This document shows positions 27,252-36,820 of a stretch of 64,000 bases of DNA, piece after piece. Made by a program: the position numbers and the translations under genes. The stretch comes from Acidimicrobiia bacterium (lineage in GTDB: Bacteria > Actinomycetota > Acidimicrobiia > Spongiisociales > UBA5794). The notes under the pieces were generated by a model, which saw only the letters and a list, made by a program, of their open reading frames with translations, was not told the origin of the DNA and did no database searches. Position 1 is the stretch's first letter; every line of letters begins with the position of its first letter. The DNA lies in NCBI GenBank assembly GCA_035461905.1, contig DATHUV010000088.1, positions 10,522 through 74,521 on the forward strand. Direction: 5' to 3'.

Positions 27252-28243
27252 TCCCGGGCGCCATGCCCCGCATCTTCTCGGGCGTGCAACCCACGGGGAA
27301 CATCCACCTCGGGAACTACCTCGGTGCGTTCCGTAATTGGGTGCGGCTCCAGGACGACCACGACTCGATCTACTGCATCGTCGACCTCCACGCGATGACG
27401 GTGGAGTACGACCCTGCGGGGCTCGAGAAGGCGCGGATCGAGACTGCGAAGGTGCTCCTCGCCCTCGGCGTCGATCCCGGACGCTCCCTTCTGTACACCC
27501 AGAGCCAGGTGATGGAGCACTCCGAGCTGGCATGGATCCTCGGCACGATGACCCCGATGGGTGTGCTCAACCGCATGACGCAGTTCAAGGACAAGACCGA
27601 CAAGGGCTTTGCGGCCAATCTGGGTCTGTACTCGTATCCGGTCCTGATGGCTGCCGACATCCTCCTCTATCGGGCCAACCTCGTGCCGATCGGCGACGAT
27701 CAACGTCAGCACCTGGAGATGACGCGGGATCTCGCGGAGCGCTTCAACAACCGCTTTGGTGACACGTTCCCCATCCCGGAGCCCTACATCCCCGAGAGGG
27801 CCGCTCGGGTCATGTCACTGACCGATCCGACATCCAAGATGTCGAAGTCCGATCCCCAGGAGAAGTCCCGTATCTCGATTCTCGACGGGCCGGACGTCAT
27901 GAGGAAGCGGATCCGATCGGCAGTCACCGACAGCGACCCCGAGGTCCGCTACGACGTCGCGGCGAAGCCGGGTATCTCGAACCTCCTCGACATCATGTCT
28001 GCGTGCACCGGCCGCCCGATCGACGACCTCGTCTCCGAGTATGCCGACCGGGGCTACGGCGTGTTCAAGGACGCGGTTGCCGACGCCGTCATCGAGGAGC
28101 TCGCACCCTTCCGGACCGCATTGACTGGATTGCGCACCGACGATGTCCGCAGCGTCCTGCACGAGTCCGGGATCAAGGGCCGGGAGCTCGCCGCCGGGTA
28201 CATGCGCGAGGTTCGCACGGCGGTTGGCCTGAAGGGGTTCTGA
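27248..28243 (+). CDS. trpS: tryptophan--tRNA ligase
   Basis: ORF 26987..28243. FSGVQPTGNIHLGNYLG (HIGH-type) and KMSKS motifs. ATG 27248 overlaps the upstream stop; ATG 27263 is an alternative. Confidence 0.92.
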   Translation: MIPGAMPRIFSGVQPTGNIHLGNYLGAFRNWVRLQDDHDSIYCIVDLHAMTVEYDPAGLEKARIETAKVLLALGVDPGRSLLYTQSQVMEHSELAWILGTMTPMGVLNRMTQFKDKTDKGFAANLGLYSYPVLMAADILLYRANLVPIGDDQRQHLEMTRDLAERFNNRFGDTFPIPEPYIPERAARVMSLTDPTSKMSKSDPQEKSRISILDGPDVMRKRIRSAVTDSDPEVRYDVAAKPGISNLLDIMSACTGRPIDDLVSEYADRGYGVFKDAVADAVIEELAPFRTALTGLRTDDVRSVLHESGIKGRELAAGYMREVRTAVGLKGF

Positions 28244-28295
28244 GCCGACGGATCGATGTTCGGCTTCGGGCGCGAAGCGATGGGGAGGTGGTCCG

Positions 28296-28805
28296 GTGTC
28301 GGATGTCGGGACGTGGCCGAAGGACGAGGTCGCTGCCGCGGATGAGAAGACGACGCTCCTGCGGTTCCTCCACCACCAGCGTTCCTTCCTCGAGCGAAAA
28401 GTCACCGGCGTGTCCGACCAGCAAGCCCGAACAGCGACCTGTCCTCCGAGCGACCTCACCCTCCTCGGTCTGGTGCGTCACCTCACCGATGTCGAACGCG
28501 GGTGGTCGCAGCGGTCGCTGGCCGGACGCGATGCCCCGCCCCTGTACTCGTCCGATGACGATCCGGACGGCGACTTCCACCCCCCGGCAGGGGAGACCGT
28601 CGCCTCCGCCCTCGAGCGATTCCGGATCGAGGTCGAGGAGGCAGAGGCGATCTACCGGTCCATGGATCTCGATGACATCGAGCGCCGGGACCGGTCCTTC
28701 TACACCGTTCGGTGGGTGCTGGTACACCTGATCGAGGAGTACGCCCGCCACCTCGGGCACGCGGACCTGATCCGCCAGGCGATCGACGGCCAGACGGGCG
28801 AGTAG
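28296..28805 (+). CDS. DinB family (DUF664-type) four-helix-bundle protein
   Basis: 169 aa. LLRFLHHQRSFLERKVTGVSDQQA... and WVLVHLIEEYARHLGHADLIRQAIDG are typical of the family. GTG start with GGGGAGG upstream. Confidence 0.7.
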   Translation: MSDVGTWPKDEVAAADEKTTLLRFLHHQRSFLERKVTGVSDQQARTATCPPSDLTLLGLVRHLTDVERGWSQRSLAGRDAPPLYSSDDDPDGDFHPPAGETVASALERFRIEVEEAEAIYRSMDLDDIERRDRSFYTVRWVLVHLIEEYARHLGHADLIRQAIDGQTGE

Positions 28806-28881
28806 GCGGAGAGTCGGATCCGGTGGGACGGTCCCGCCGCTACAGTCGAGCCATTGCCGGCGCTGGCGTGGAGGTGGTCCT

Positions 28882-30039
28882 GTGGAGATCGAAATCGGAA
28901 GGGCGAAGTCGGGCCGTCGAGCCTGGGGGTTCGACGACATAGCGATCGTTCCGTCGAGGCGGACGCGGGATCCCGAGGACGTCGACTTGTCGTGGGAGTT
29001 GGACGCCTTCACCTTCGGTCTGCCCATGATGGCGTCGGGAATGGATTCCGCCGTCACGCCCGCGACTGCCATCGAGATCGGGCGCCTCGGTGGCCTCGCC
29101 TGCCTCAACCTCGAAGGACTCTGGACCCGGTACGAGGACCCGATTCCCGTGTACGAGGAGATCGCTGAACTCGACAAGGAGAAGGCGACCCGACGCATGC
29201 AGGAGATGTATGCGTCGCCTGTCATCCCTGAGCTGATCACCGAGCGGATCAAGGAGATCAAGGGCGCAGGCGTCGTGACGTGCGGCAGCCTGACACCGCC
29301 CACCGTGGCGAAGTACATCGACGCCGCGAAGGCCGGTGGCCTCGACGTCCTCGTCATCCAGGGAACCGTCGTATCGGCAGAGCACGTCTCGTCCAGGGAA
29401 GAGCCCCTCGACCTGTATCGGTTCATCCGCGAGGTCGACATGCCGGTCATCGTGGGCGGCTGCGCGAGCTTCTCGGGTGCCCTCCATCTGATGCGCACCG
29501 GCGCTGTCGGTGTGCTCGTGGGTGTCGGTCCCGGGGCGGCATGCACGACGCGTGGCGTTCTCGGCATCGGCGTACCCCAGGCGACCGCGATCGCAGATGC
29601 CGCAGGAGCTCGTTCCGCGTACCTCGAGGAGACGGGTCGCTACGTCCATGTCATCGCCGACGGAGGGATGCGCACGGGCGGCGATGTGTCCAAGGCCATT
29701 GCGTGCGGGGCGGACGCCGTGATGCTCGGGTCACCGATGGCCGCCGCCGAGGAGTCCCCATCGGGTGGCTTCCATTGGGGAATGGCGACCTTCCATCCGA
29801 CGCTTCCGAGGGGATCACGGGTGCACGTCGGCAGGCTCGGAACCCTCGAGGAGATCCTTCTCGGCCCTGCCCACGAGAACGATGGACGGCGGAACCTCTT
29901 CGGCGGACTCCGTGGCTCGATGGCGACAACAGGGTATGCCACGGTGAAGGAGTTCCAGAAGGCCGAGGTCATGGTCGCACCCGCCCTCCAGACCGAGGGC
30001 AAGCAGCTCCAACGGTCCCAGGGTGTGGGGATGGGTTGA
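28882..30039 (+). CDS. guaB3: GuaB3-type IMP dehydrogenase-related protein
   Basis: 385 aa. [38 protein letters not shown]... matches the actinobacterial GuaB3 N-terminus. TIM-barrel IMPDH fold without a CBS insert. Located upstream of guaA. Confidence 0.8.
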   Translation: MEIEIGRAKSGRRAWGFDDIAIVPSRRTRDPEDVDLSWELDAFTFGLPMMASGMDSAVTPATAIEIGRLGGLACLNLEGLWTRYEDPIPVYEEIAELDKEKATRRMQEMYASPVIPELITERIKEIKGAGVVTCGSLTPPTVAKYIDAAKAGGLDVLVIQGTVVSAEHVSSREEPLDLYRFIREVDMPVIVGGCASFSGALHLMRTGAVGVLVGVGPGAACTTRGVLGIGVPQATAIADAAGARSAYLEETGRYVHVIADGGMRTGGDVSKAIACGADAVMLGSPMAAAEESPSGGFHWGMATFHPTLPRGSRVHVGRLGTLEEILLGPAHENDGRRNLFGGLRGSMATTGYATVKEFQKAEVMVAPALQTEGKQLQRSQGVGMG

Positions 30040-31610
30040 TGGCGGTCGCGACCGCGTCCGGCCATGCATCAGAAGGGGACTTCGACCGGATCCTGGTGGT
30101 CGACTTCGGTGCCCAGTATGCGCAGCTCATCGCCCGCCGCGTACGCGAAGCTCGCGTCTTCTCCGAGATCGTCCCCCGAGACATCACGGCGGAGGACATC
30201 CGTGCGAAGGCGCCCGTCGGCATCATCCTGTCGGGGGGACCCGCCTCGGTGTACGCCGAGGATGCGTACGACCTCGACCCCGAGATCCTGACCCTCGGCA
30301 TTCCCGTCCTCGGCATCTGCTACGGACACCAGGTCCTCGCCAAGACACTCGGCGGAACCGTGTCCAACACGGGGAGGTCGGAGTTCGGGCCTGCGGACCT
30401 GACCGTCCTCGATGACGGTTCCGCCCTCTTCGGCGGACAGCCGCTCGCGCAGCAGGTCTGGATGAGCCACAACGACGCCGTGTCGGTTGCCCCCGCAGGG
30501 TTCACGGTCACGGCATCGACCCCCGACGCACCTGTTGCAGCAATGGAATCGGCGGATCAACGGTTCTACGGCGTGCAGTTCCATCCAGAAGTGCGCCACA
30601 CCGACCATGGGCAGCGCATCCTCGAGGCGTTCCTCTGGCAGGTGTGTGGAGCGAGGCCCACCTGGACCCACGTCGGCATCATCGAGCAGTCGGTGGATGC
30701 CATCCGCGAGGCCGTGGGGGATGCGGTCGCCATCTGCGGGCTCTCCGGAGGGGTCGACTCGTCCGTTGCCGCTGCAATCGTCCACAAGGCGATCGGGGAC
30801 CAGCTCGTCTGCGTGTTCGTGGATCACGGACTCATGCGCCATGGCGAGGGCGAACAGGTCGAGGAGACGTTCCGTGACCACTTCCGGATGAACCTGATCC
30901 ACGTCAGGGCACAGGAGCGGTTTCTCACGGCATTGTCGGGTGTCACCGATCCCGAGGAGAAGCGCAAGATCATCGGCGAGACGTTCATCAGGGTCTTCGA
31001 GGAGGTCGCAGAGGGCATCGAGGGGGCGAACTACCTCGTCCAGGGCACCCTGTATCCCGATGTCATCGAGTCCGGCACGAAGGACGCGGCGAAGATCAAG
31101 AGCCACCACAACGTGGGGGGTCTCCCGGACGACATGGCATTCGAGCTCATCGAACCGCTCCGCGACCTCTTCAAGGACGAGGTCAGGGGGATCGGGGAGG
31201 AGCTCGGCCTGCCCGACGAGATCGTGTGGCGCCAACCGTTCCCCGGTCCCGGTCTCGCCGTACGGATCATCGGCGATGTGACGAGGGAACGCCTCGACAT
31301 CCTTCGGTCCGCCGACGCCATCGTGCTCGACGAGATCCACAGGGCCGGCCTCTACCGCGAGGTCTGGCAGTCCTTCGGCGTGCTCCCCGCCATCAAGAGT
31401 GTGGGGGTCCAGGGGGATGGTCGCACCTACGCGTATCCGCTGATCCTGCGGGCAGTGACGAGCGACGACGCCATGACGGCAGACTGGGCGCGAATCCCCT
31501 ACGACGTCCTGGCGAGGATCTCGTCGCGAGTGATCAACGAGGTTCCCGGCATCAACAGGGTCGCCTACGACATCTCCTCGAAGCCGCCTGCCACGATCGA
31601 GTGGGAGTAG
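30039..31610 (+). CDS. guaA: GMP synthase (glutamine-hydrolyzing)
   Basis: ORF 29280..31610; the real start is ATG 30039 ([10 protein letters not shown]...[23 protein letters not shown]). GATase ICYGHQ, PP-loop SGGVDSS, C-terminal PPATIEWE. Confidence 0.95.
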   Translation: MAVATASGHASEGDFDRILVVDFGAQYAQLIARRVREARVFSEIVPRDITAEDIRAKAPVGIILSGGPASVYAEDAYDLDPEILTLGIPVLGICYGHQVLAKTLGGTVSNTGRSEFGPADLTVLDDGSALFGGQPLAQQVWMSHNDAVSVAPAGFTVTASTPDAPVAAMESADQRFYGVQFHPEVRHTDHGQRILEAFLWQVCGARPTWTHVGIIEQSVDAIREAVGDAVAICGLSGGVDSSVAAAIVHKAIGDQLVCVFVDHGLMRHGEGEQVEETFRDHFRMNLIHVRAQERFLTALSGVTDPEEKRKIIGETFIRVFEEVAEGIEGANYLVQGTLYPDVIESGTKDAAKIKSHHNVGGLPDDMAFELIEPLRDLFKDEVRGIGEELGLPDEIVWRQPFPGPGLAVRIIGDVTRERLDILRSADAIVLDEIHRAGLYREVWQSFGVLPAIKSVGVQGDGRTYAYPLILRAVTSDDAMTADWARIPYDVLARISSRVINEVPGINRVAYDISSKPPATIEWE

Positions 31611-31631
31611 GTCCCGACTCCATCAAAGGCC

Positions 31632-32579
31632 TCACTCCGGGCTGAAGTGGGTCCCGATGGCCGATGGAGCATCCCCTCGAACGAGGTTCCCCCAGCGCGG
31701 ATGCCTGTCTCCCCACTCGCGCAGCCAGTCGGCGTTCACCAGGACGAGGGCGAGGATCATGAGCACGAACGGCATGATCGGTAGCACCTGGGTGAGGTTC
31801 GGGAAGACACTCTGGAGATCGAGCGCCAGCCACTGGAGGAAACCGAACAGCAGGACCCCGACGGCGACGCGCAGCGGGTGCCATCCACCAAAGATGACGA
31901 TCGCGAGCGCGATCCACCCGAAGTTCCGCGTGTGCTGGAACGACCAGCCCAGCTTCGCGTCGAGCGTGAACGCCGCACCCCCGATGCCAACGAGCGCCCC
32001 GCCGACGATCGTGTAGTGGTATCGCAGGCGGTTCACGTGCAAACCCCTCGAGTGTGCGGCTTCGGGTCGCTCCCCGATGCCCTGGAGCGACAGCCCTTGG
32101 CGCGTCTTGAACATGAACGCCCACGCAGCGACCACGACCAGGAGGCTCGCATACACGACGATGTCGTGGCTGAAGAGGACGCGACCGATGAACGGGAGGT
32201 CCGACAGCACGGGGATGTTCATCGACGGCACGGCGATCTGCCCGCCCGGCTTCCCCGTGTACGAGCTCCCAAGGAAAGACGAGAGGGCGACGCCAAGCAA
32301 CGCGAGGACGAACCCGACGGCGACCTGGTTGAGTCTGAGAGTGATGCTGGAGAAGGCGACGATCAGTGCGAAGAGCGCACCCACCACCGCTGCGCCGGCG
32401 AATCCAGCCCACGTGTTGTTGGTCTCGAACGCGATAACGAATCCTGCGAGGGCCGACAGCATCAGGCTGCCCTCCAAGGAGAGGTTGATGACTCCGCCCT
32501 TTTCGGTGATCGTCTCCCCGGTCGCCGCGAAGATCAGCGGAGCAGCGGCGGCGATGATGGTCGCAAGTGTGGCTTCCAT
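31632..32579 (-). CDS. ABC transporter permease (BMP/nucleoside-type importer, second permease)
   Basis: C-terminal 316 codons of ORF 31632..33308, starting MEATLATIIAAAAPLIFAATGETITEKGGVINLSLEG (ATG 32579). Multi-TM. Confidence 0.85.
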   Translation of the reverse strand: MEATLATIIAAAAPLIFAATGETITEKGGVINLSLEGSLMLSALAGFVIAFETNNTWAGFAGAAVVGALFALIVAFSSITLRLNQVAVGFVLALLGVALSSFLGSSYTGKPGGQIAVPSMNIPVLSDLPFIGRVLFSHDIVVYASLLVVVAAWAFMFKTRQGLSLQGIGERPEAAHSRGLHVNRLRYHYTIVGGALVGIGGAAFTLDAKLGWSFQHTRNFGWIALAIVIFGGWHPLRVAVGVLLFGFLQWLALDLQSVFPNLTQVLPIMPFVLMILALVLVNADWLREWGDRHPRWGNLVRGDAPSAIGTHFSPE

Positions 32580-33688
32580 CAGGCAAGCGCCTCCGGACCC
32601 GTGTGGGCCTGTCCGATGTCGATGTCCGGTGGGTCGGCGCCAGTCCTGTGCATTGTGCGGTACGAGCGCAGCCCGGAGGCGATGAGGGCGAACAGGACGA
32701 GCACGCCGACGAGTACGGCACCAAGGGCCGAGTCGACCCCGAGACGAAGGGTCAGGGCGATGCTGCCGACCGCCACGACTGCGAAGAACGCCGAGATCGG
32801 TGCAATGCGCGCAGCGCTGAATCCCGCCAGGAGGACCACGAGGATGCCGAGGAAGCCGTAACCGCCGGACACGGACGGGACCAGCTTGTGATGGAATCCC
32901 GTCGCCTGGATTGCGCCTGCCAGCCCGGAGAGCGCGCCGCAGATCGCGAAGGCTCCGAGCATGTACCTGTTCGTGGGGATGCCGAGCAGGTGCGCGCTCT
33001 GGTTGTTGCGCCCCACCGCCTTGAGCTTGAGGCCATACCGCGTGCCACGGAGCAGGAGCCACACCCCGAACAGGGCGACGACGGTCAGGATGACTGCGAG
33101 AGGGGATAGGCGCGTGTTGCCGAGGGCGGGAAGCCAGGCATCCCGCGGGAACGGTTCCGTCCCGCTGGTCGAGGCGATTCCGGGGCGCGACCACGGTCCG
33201 ATGATGAGGTAGAGGGTCAGGCCGGTGGCGACGAAGTTGAGTCCGAGGCCTCCGAAGATCTCGTTGACCTTGCCCTTGGTCTTGAGGACGCCTGCGAGGA
33301 GCGCCCATGCGATGCCGAACAGGATTCCGGCGACGAGCGTCATCGGGACGAGGATGTACGAAGGTGCAGCGACCTCACGGGCGATCAGCGACGCGCCGAT
33401 TGCTCCGAGGACGATCTGGCCCTCGACCCCGATGTTCCACAAGCCCGCGGAGAACGTGACCACCAGCCCAGCGGCTGCGAGCGTGAGCGGAACCCAGACC
33501 ATGATCGTGTCGGAGACCTTGTCCGATGAGCCGAGTGACCCCTCGATGATCAAGCGGAAGGCCTCGATCGGGTTCTCCCCGACGAGCAGGACCAGCACTG
33601 CCGCGAAGCCGAGCGCGACGATGAACGGGACCACGGCGGTGGCCGCCCTCGCGATTCCCCTTGCACCCTCGCCGGACCGCACGGTCAT
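32579..33688 (-). CDS. ABC transporter permease (BMP/nucleoside-type importer, first permease)
   Basis: 369 aa, multi-TM. Has ...TFSAGLWNIGVEGQIVLGAI.... Overlaps the neighbours by 1 and 4 nt. Confidence 0.85.
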   Translation of the reverse strand: MTVRSGEGARGIARAATAVVPFIVALGFAAVLVLLVGENPIEAFRLIIEGSLGSSDKVSDTIMVWVPLTLAAAGLVVTFSAGLWNIGVEGQIVLGAIGASLIAREVAAPSYILVPMTLVAGILFGIAWALLAGVLKTKGKVNEIFGGLGLNFVATGLTLYLIIGPWSRPGIASTSGTEPFPRDAWLPALGNTRLSPLAVILTVVALFGVWLLLRGTRYGLKLKAVGRNNQSAHLLGIPTNRYMLGAFAICGALSGLAGAIQATGFHHKLVPSVSGGYGFLGILVVLLAGFSAARIAPISAFFAVVAVGSIALTLRLGVDSALGAVLVGVLVLFALIASGLRSYRTMHRTGADPPDIDIGQAHTGPEALA

Positions 33689-35175
33689 CGAGGACCTCCG
33701 GATCCCGGGTCCGTGCCATGGCCGCCGATCAGGTGGCCGATCTCGTCGATGTTGGTGCTCGAGGTATCGAGTTCGGCGAGGACCGAGCCGGAGAAGAACA
33801 CCAGGATCCGATCGCTGTATCGGAGCAGCTCGTCGAGGTCCGATGAAGCGAAGACGATCGCGGTCCCCTCCGTGCGTCTGGCGAGCAGCCTTCCCCAGAC
33901 CCAGTCCGCAGAGCCGATGTCGAGGCCGCGGGTCGGGTGTTCCATCAGGAGCAGCTCGAGTTCGCTGGGGAGCATCGCGAGGAGGAGCCGCTGCTGATTC
34001 CCACCCGAGAGCGCTTCGACCGGCATCCCATCGGTGCCCTTGATCGAGAAGTGATCGATGTGGTCGCTCGCCACGGCCCTCGCATCGTCCCAGTCGATGA
34101 AGAGCCCCTTTCGGTTGCGATCGGCGAGCACGAAGTGTTCCGTGATCGACAGGCCACCGACCAGGCCCTCCTCGAGCCTGCCGGCAGGCAGGTACTGCAT
34201 CCCGGCATCGAGGTGGGCGCGGTAGCTCCCTGCGGTGAGGTCGGTGCCACGGAGTGTCACGCTTCCCGCCGATGGCTGCACGAGGCCGCAGATGCCGCGG
34301 AGGAAGGTCCGTTGGCCGCTTCCCTCCATTCCGGCCAACCCGATCACCTCGCCCCGGCGAACCTCGAGGTTGATGCCATCGAGGCGCAACAGGCGCTCCT
34401 CGATGGTCACGTCCCTGACCTCGAGTGTGGGAGGGCCGAGAGGAACGTCGACGCGCTCGGACACCTCGATGGACTCCCCGAACATCATCGTGACGAGTTC
34501 GCCCGCAGGAACGGGCATATCAGCGTCGCCGACGACCTTTCCTTGTCGCATCACCGTGACCCGCTCACAGATCTCGGCTACCTCTTCGAGCTTGTGGGAG
34601 ACGAAGATGACGCTCATACCTTCCGCTGCGAGGTCGCGGAGCGCTGTGAAGAGCAGGGCGCGCTGGTCGGCTGAGATGCCTGTCGTGGGTTCGTCCAGGA
34701 TCAACACCCGAGCGCCCAACCACAACAGTCTCGTGATCTCGACCTGCTGCCGCTCACCCACGGTGAGCGTCCTGGCGGGCGCATCGAGGTCGAACGTGAA
34801 CCCGAATCGATCGCGCAGCTCGGTGATCGCCGAGCGCGAGGACCGTCGGTCGAGGAGGAAGGGCCCGGAGTCCGAGAGCAGGAAGTTGTCGAGGACGGAG
34901 AATGGGAGGAACACCAGCGGGTCCTGGTGCAGCATCCCGATGCCCGCCTCTATTGCCTCGGTCGGCGATCCGACATGGATGACCGTTCCGTCGAGGACGA
35001 TCTCGCCGGAATCCGCGGCGTAGAAACCCGACAGAACCTTCATCAGCGTCGACTTCCCCGCTCCGTTCTCACCGAGGAGACCGTGCAAGCTCCCCGTGGC
35101 GACGCTCAGGTCGATTCCATCGTTGGCGCGTACCAAGCCGAAGTGTTTGTGGATGTCGCGGAGTTCGAGACTCAT
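33685..35175 (-). CDS. ABC transporter ATP-binding protein (duplicated NBD)
   Basis: 496 aa. Walker A GENGAGKST and a second, degenerate GMEGSGQRT. Signatures GERQQVEI and LSGGNQQR. Confidence 0.9.
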   Translation of the reverse strand: MSLELRDIHKHFGLVRANDGIDLSVATGSLHGLLGENGAGKSTLMKVLSGFYAADSGEIVLDGTVIHVGSPTEAIEAGIGMLHQDPLVFLPFSVLDNFLLSDSGPFLLDRRSSRSAITELRDRFGFTFDLDAPARTLTVGERQQVEITRLLWLGARVLILDEPTTGISADQRALLFTALRDLAAEGMSVIFVSHKLEEVAEICERVTVMRQGKVVGDADMPVPAGELVTMMFGESIEVSERVDVPLGPPTLEVRDVTIEERLLRLDGINLEVRRGEVIGLAGMEGSGQRTFLRGICGLVQPSAGSVTLRGTDLTAGSYRAHLDAGMQYLPAGRLEEGLVGGLSITEHFVLADRNRKGLFIDWDDARAVASDHIDHFSIKGTDGMPVEALSGGNQQRLLLAMLPSELELLLMEHPTRGLDIGSADWVWGRLLARRTEGTAIVFASSDLDELLRYSDRILVFFSGSVLAELDTSSTNIDEIGHLIGGHGTDPGSGGPR

Positions 35176-35258
35176 AGCCCTTCCATGAGACTAGGCAATC
35201 GGCACCGGCGTTGCCCGCCACGGCGCGTGCGGAGAAGAGTTCTGCGGTGGCGCGACGA

Positions 35259-35290
35259 GAAGCGGGGAAGCCCTTCGGATTCCCCGCTTC
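35259..35290 (-). promoter_or_regulatory. intra-operon hairpin between the SBP gene and the ATPase gene
   Basis: GAAGCGGGGAA-N10-TTCCCCGCTTC, an 11-bp stem in the 145-nt gap after the binding-protein stop. Confidence 0.5.
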
Positions 35291-35320
35291 CTGATCCCAT
35301 GGGCGTCGTCAGCCGTTTCC

Positions 35321-36565
35321 TCAGGATTGGCTGGCGCCGTCGATACCCTCGAGCAGCTGCTCCATGTACCAGATCTGCTGCGGCGTGGCCGTTTCCCCTT
35401 CAGCGAGCCACACGGAGCCGTCCTGGTTGTTGATCGGTCCCGTCCAGAGATTGATGGAGCCATCAGCCAGCCCGGCGATGAAGGCATCAACCGCAGCCGC
35501 ATTCTCCGCTGTCGCACCAGGACCCTGCACCCAACCGATGGCGGTCGTGTCCGGATTGTTCAGGTCCGACCAGTCGGGACCGAGCCATTGGAACGTTGCT
35601 TCGAACGTGCCATCGAGGACGCTCTGGGCGATCTCGAGATACGAGGGTCCCCAGTTGAACCACGGTGTGCCGAGGCACACCTCAGGCGCCCCATCGCACG
35701 CCCCGACATAGTCGTACGGAACAGCCCAGACCGTATCGCCCGCCGCAGATCGCTGGCCGGCGACCACGAGTGCCTCGGTCGTGTCGATACCGCTGATCAG
35801 GACGTCGGCACCTCCGTCGATGAAGTCGTTGGAGACGAGGGTCGGATCCAGGGTCACACCGGGGATGTTGAACCAGAAACCGATCCAGTTGACCGCAAAC
35901 GTCAGGTCGGCGGCGTCATTCCCAAGAACCTCCGTCCAGCAGTGCTTGGCACCGAGGTAGGCGGCGCTCACGAGACGCCGAGTCTCGTCGTTGATCAGCG
36001 GACCCACGTAGCCGATGCTGCCGGTCTCAGTGGCGAGCGCCGCACTGCAGCCCGCGATCATCTTGCCGTACTCCATCTCCCCCATGACGTTGCCGAGGTT
36101 CGCGAGATCCGGTCGGTAGTCCTTTCCCTCTTCCCATGCGTTGTCGCCGGAGGACCAGATCATCGGCACGTCCGGGTTCTGCTCCGCAGCGAGAAGGGCG
36201 CCGTCCTTCATGTCATCGGACGTCATGAAGATCAGCTGGGCGCCTTGTTCGATCATGTCACGGGCGACCTGGTCGACGGTCTGTTCCGGCCTGTCAGCCG
36301 GGTTGACCTTGTCGAGCACGATCATCGTCGCACCGAGCTTCTCCTCGAGGTATTCGCCGGCTTCGCGGTGCGCCTGGCTCCACCCCCTGTCGTCCTGTGG
36401 GCCGACGAGGATCATGCCGAAGGTCAGGGGTTCCCCCGACATCTCCGTCGTCGTCGTCTCGGACCCGCCAGCCGTCGTCGTCGTGTCGTCTGACGAGTCG
36501 CCACACGCGCTCACGACCATCATCATTGCGAGCAGACCGCTCAGCCAGACCAGATGTTTCTTCAT
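35321..36565 (-). CDS. BMP family ABC transporter substrate-binding lipoprotein
   Basis: ORF 35321..36730. Starts MKKHLVWLSGLLAMMMVVSACGDSS (ATG 36565, GGGAGG RBS, lipobox VSAC). The body resembles basic membrane protein / nucleoside-binding SBPs. Confidence 0.85.
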   Translation of the reverse strand: MKKHLVWLSGLLAMMMVVSACGDSSDDTTTTAGGSETTTTEMSGEPLTFGMILVGPQDDRGWSQAHREAGEYLEEKLGATMIVLDKVNPADRPEQTVDQVARDMIEQGAQLIFMTSDDMKDGALLAAEQNPDVPMIWSSGDNAWEEGKDYRPDLANLGNVMGEMEYGKMIAGCSAALATETGSIGYVGPLINDETRRLVSAAYLGAKHCWTEVLGNDAADLTFAVNWIGFWFNIPGVTLDPTLVSNDFIDGGADVLISGIDTTEALVVAGQRSAAGDTVWAVPYDYVGACDGAPEVCLGTPWFNWGPSYLEIAQSVLDGTFEATFQWLGPDWSDLNNPDTTAIGWVQGPGATAENAAAVDAFIAGLADGSINLWTGPINNQDGSVWLAEGETATPQQIWYMEQLLEGIDGASQS

Positions 36566-36741
36566 CGACCAACCTCCCACCCTCATGTACGCGTCGTCGC
36601 CGGGGGAGGCCGTCCTCAGGGAGGTGCAGCCCATCCCCTCACCTGTCAGCCTACCCGCACGCGCGACACCTGCGATGTGCGGTGGAGCCCGCATCTGTGT
36701 GCTCGCCGACTCCGTCCGTCGGAGCGCCAACGGTGCATCGT

Positions 36742-36751
36742 TGACTAGTCA
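36742..36751. promoter_or_regulatory. 10-bp perfect palindrome TGACTAGTCA in a divergent intergenic region
   Basis: Seen directly in the 255-nt region between the SBP gene (-) and the CheA-like gene (+). It is AT-rich relative to its surroundings. Confidence 0.3.
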
Positions 36752-36820
36752 TAACCCTCAAGCCCTGATGCCGTGGATCCGATATCGCACTGAGTAGTGC
36801 CGCGTCCTCCAAGGTGTCCC

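Noticed and set aside
29280-30038. 253-codon N-terminal extension of the guaA ORF (track ORF 29280..31610, 776 aa)
   Set aside because: The extension overlaps guaB3 in another frame and is Arg/Gly/Pro-rich. The conserved GuaA sequence begins at ATG 30039, which overlaps the guaB3 stop. The same kind of extension was trimmed for sdhA (57080..59683), fetB (41773..43422), the permease (31632..33308), icd, alr, tsaB, tsaD, pfk, cimA, trpS and others.
36566-36796. Known riboswitch class (purine, 2'-dG, PRPP/ykkC, c-di-GMP) in the 5' region of the nucleoside-type ABC operon
   Set aside because: I could not find the conserved cores of any of these classes by eye. It is retained only as a low-interest unexplained long leader in the findings.
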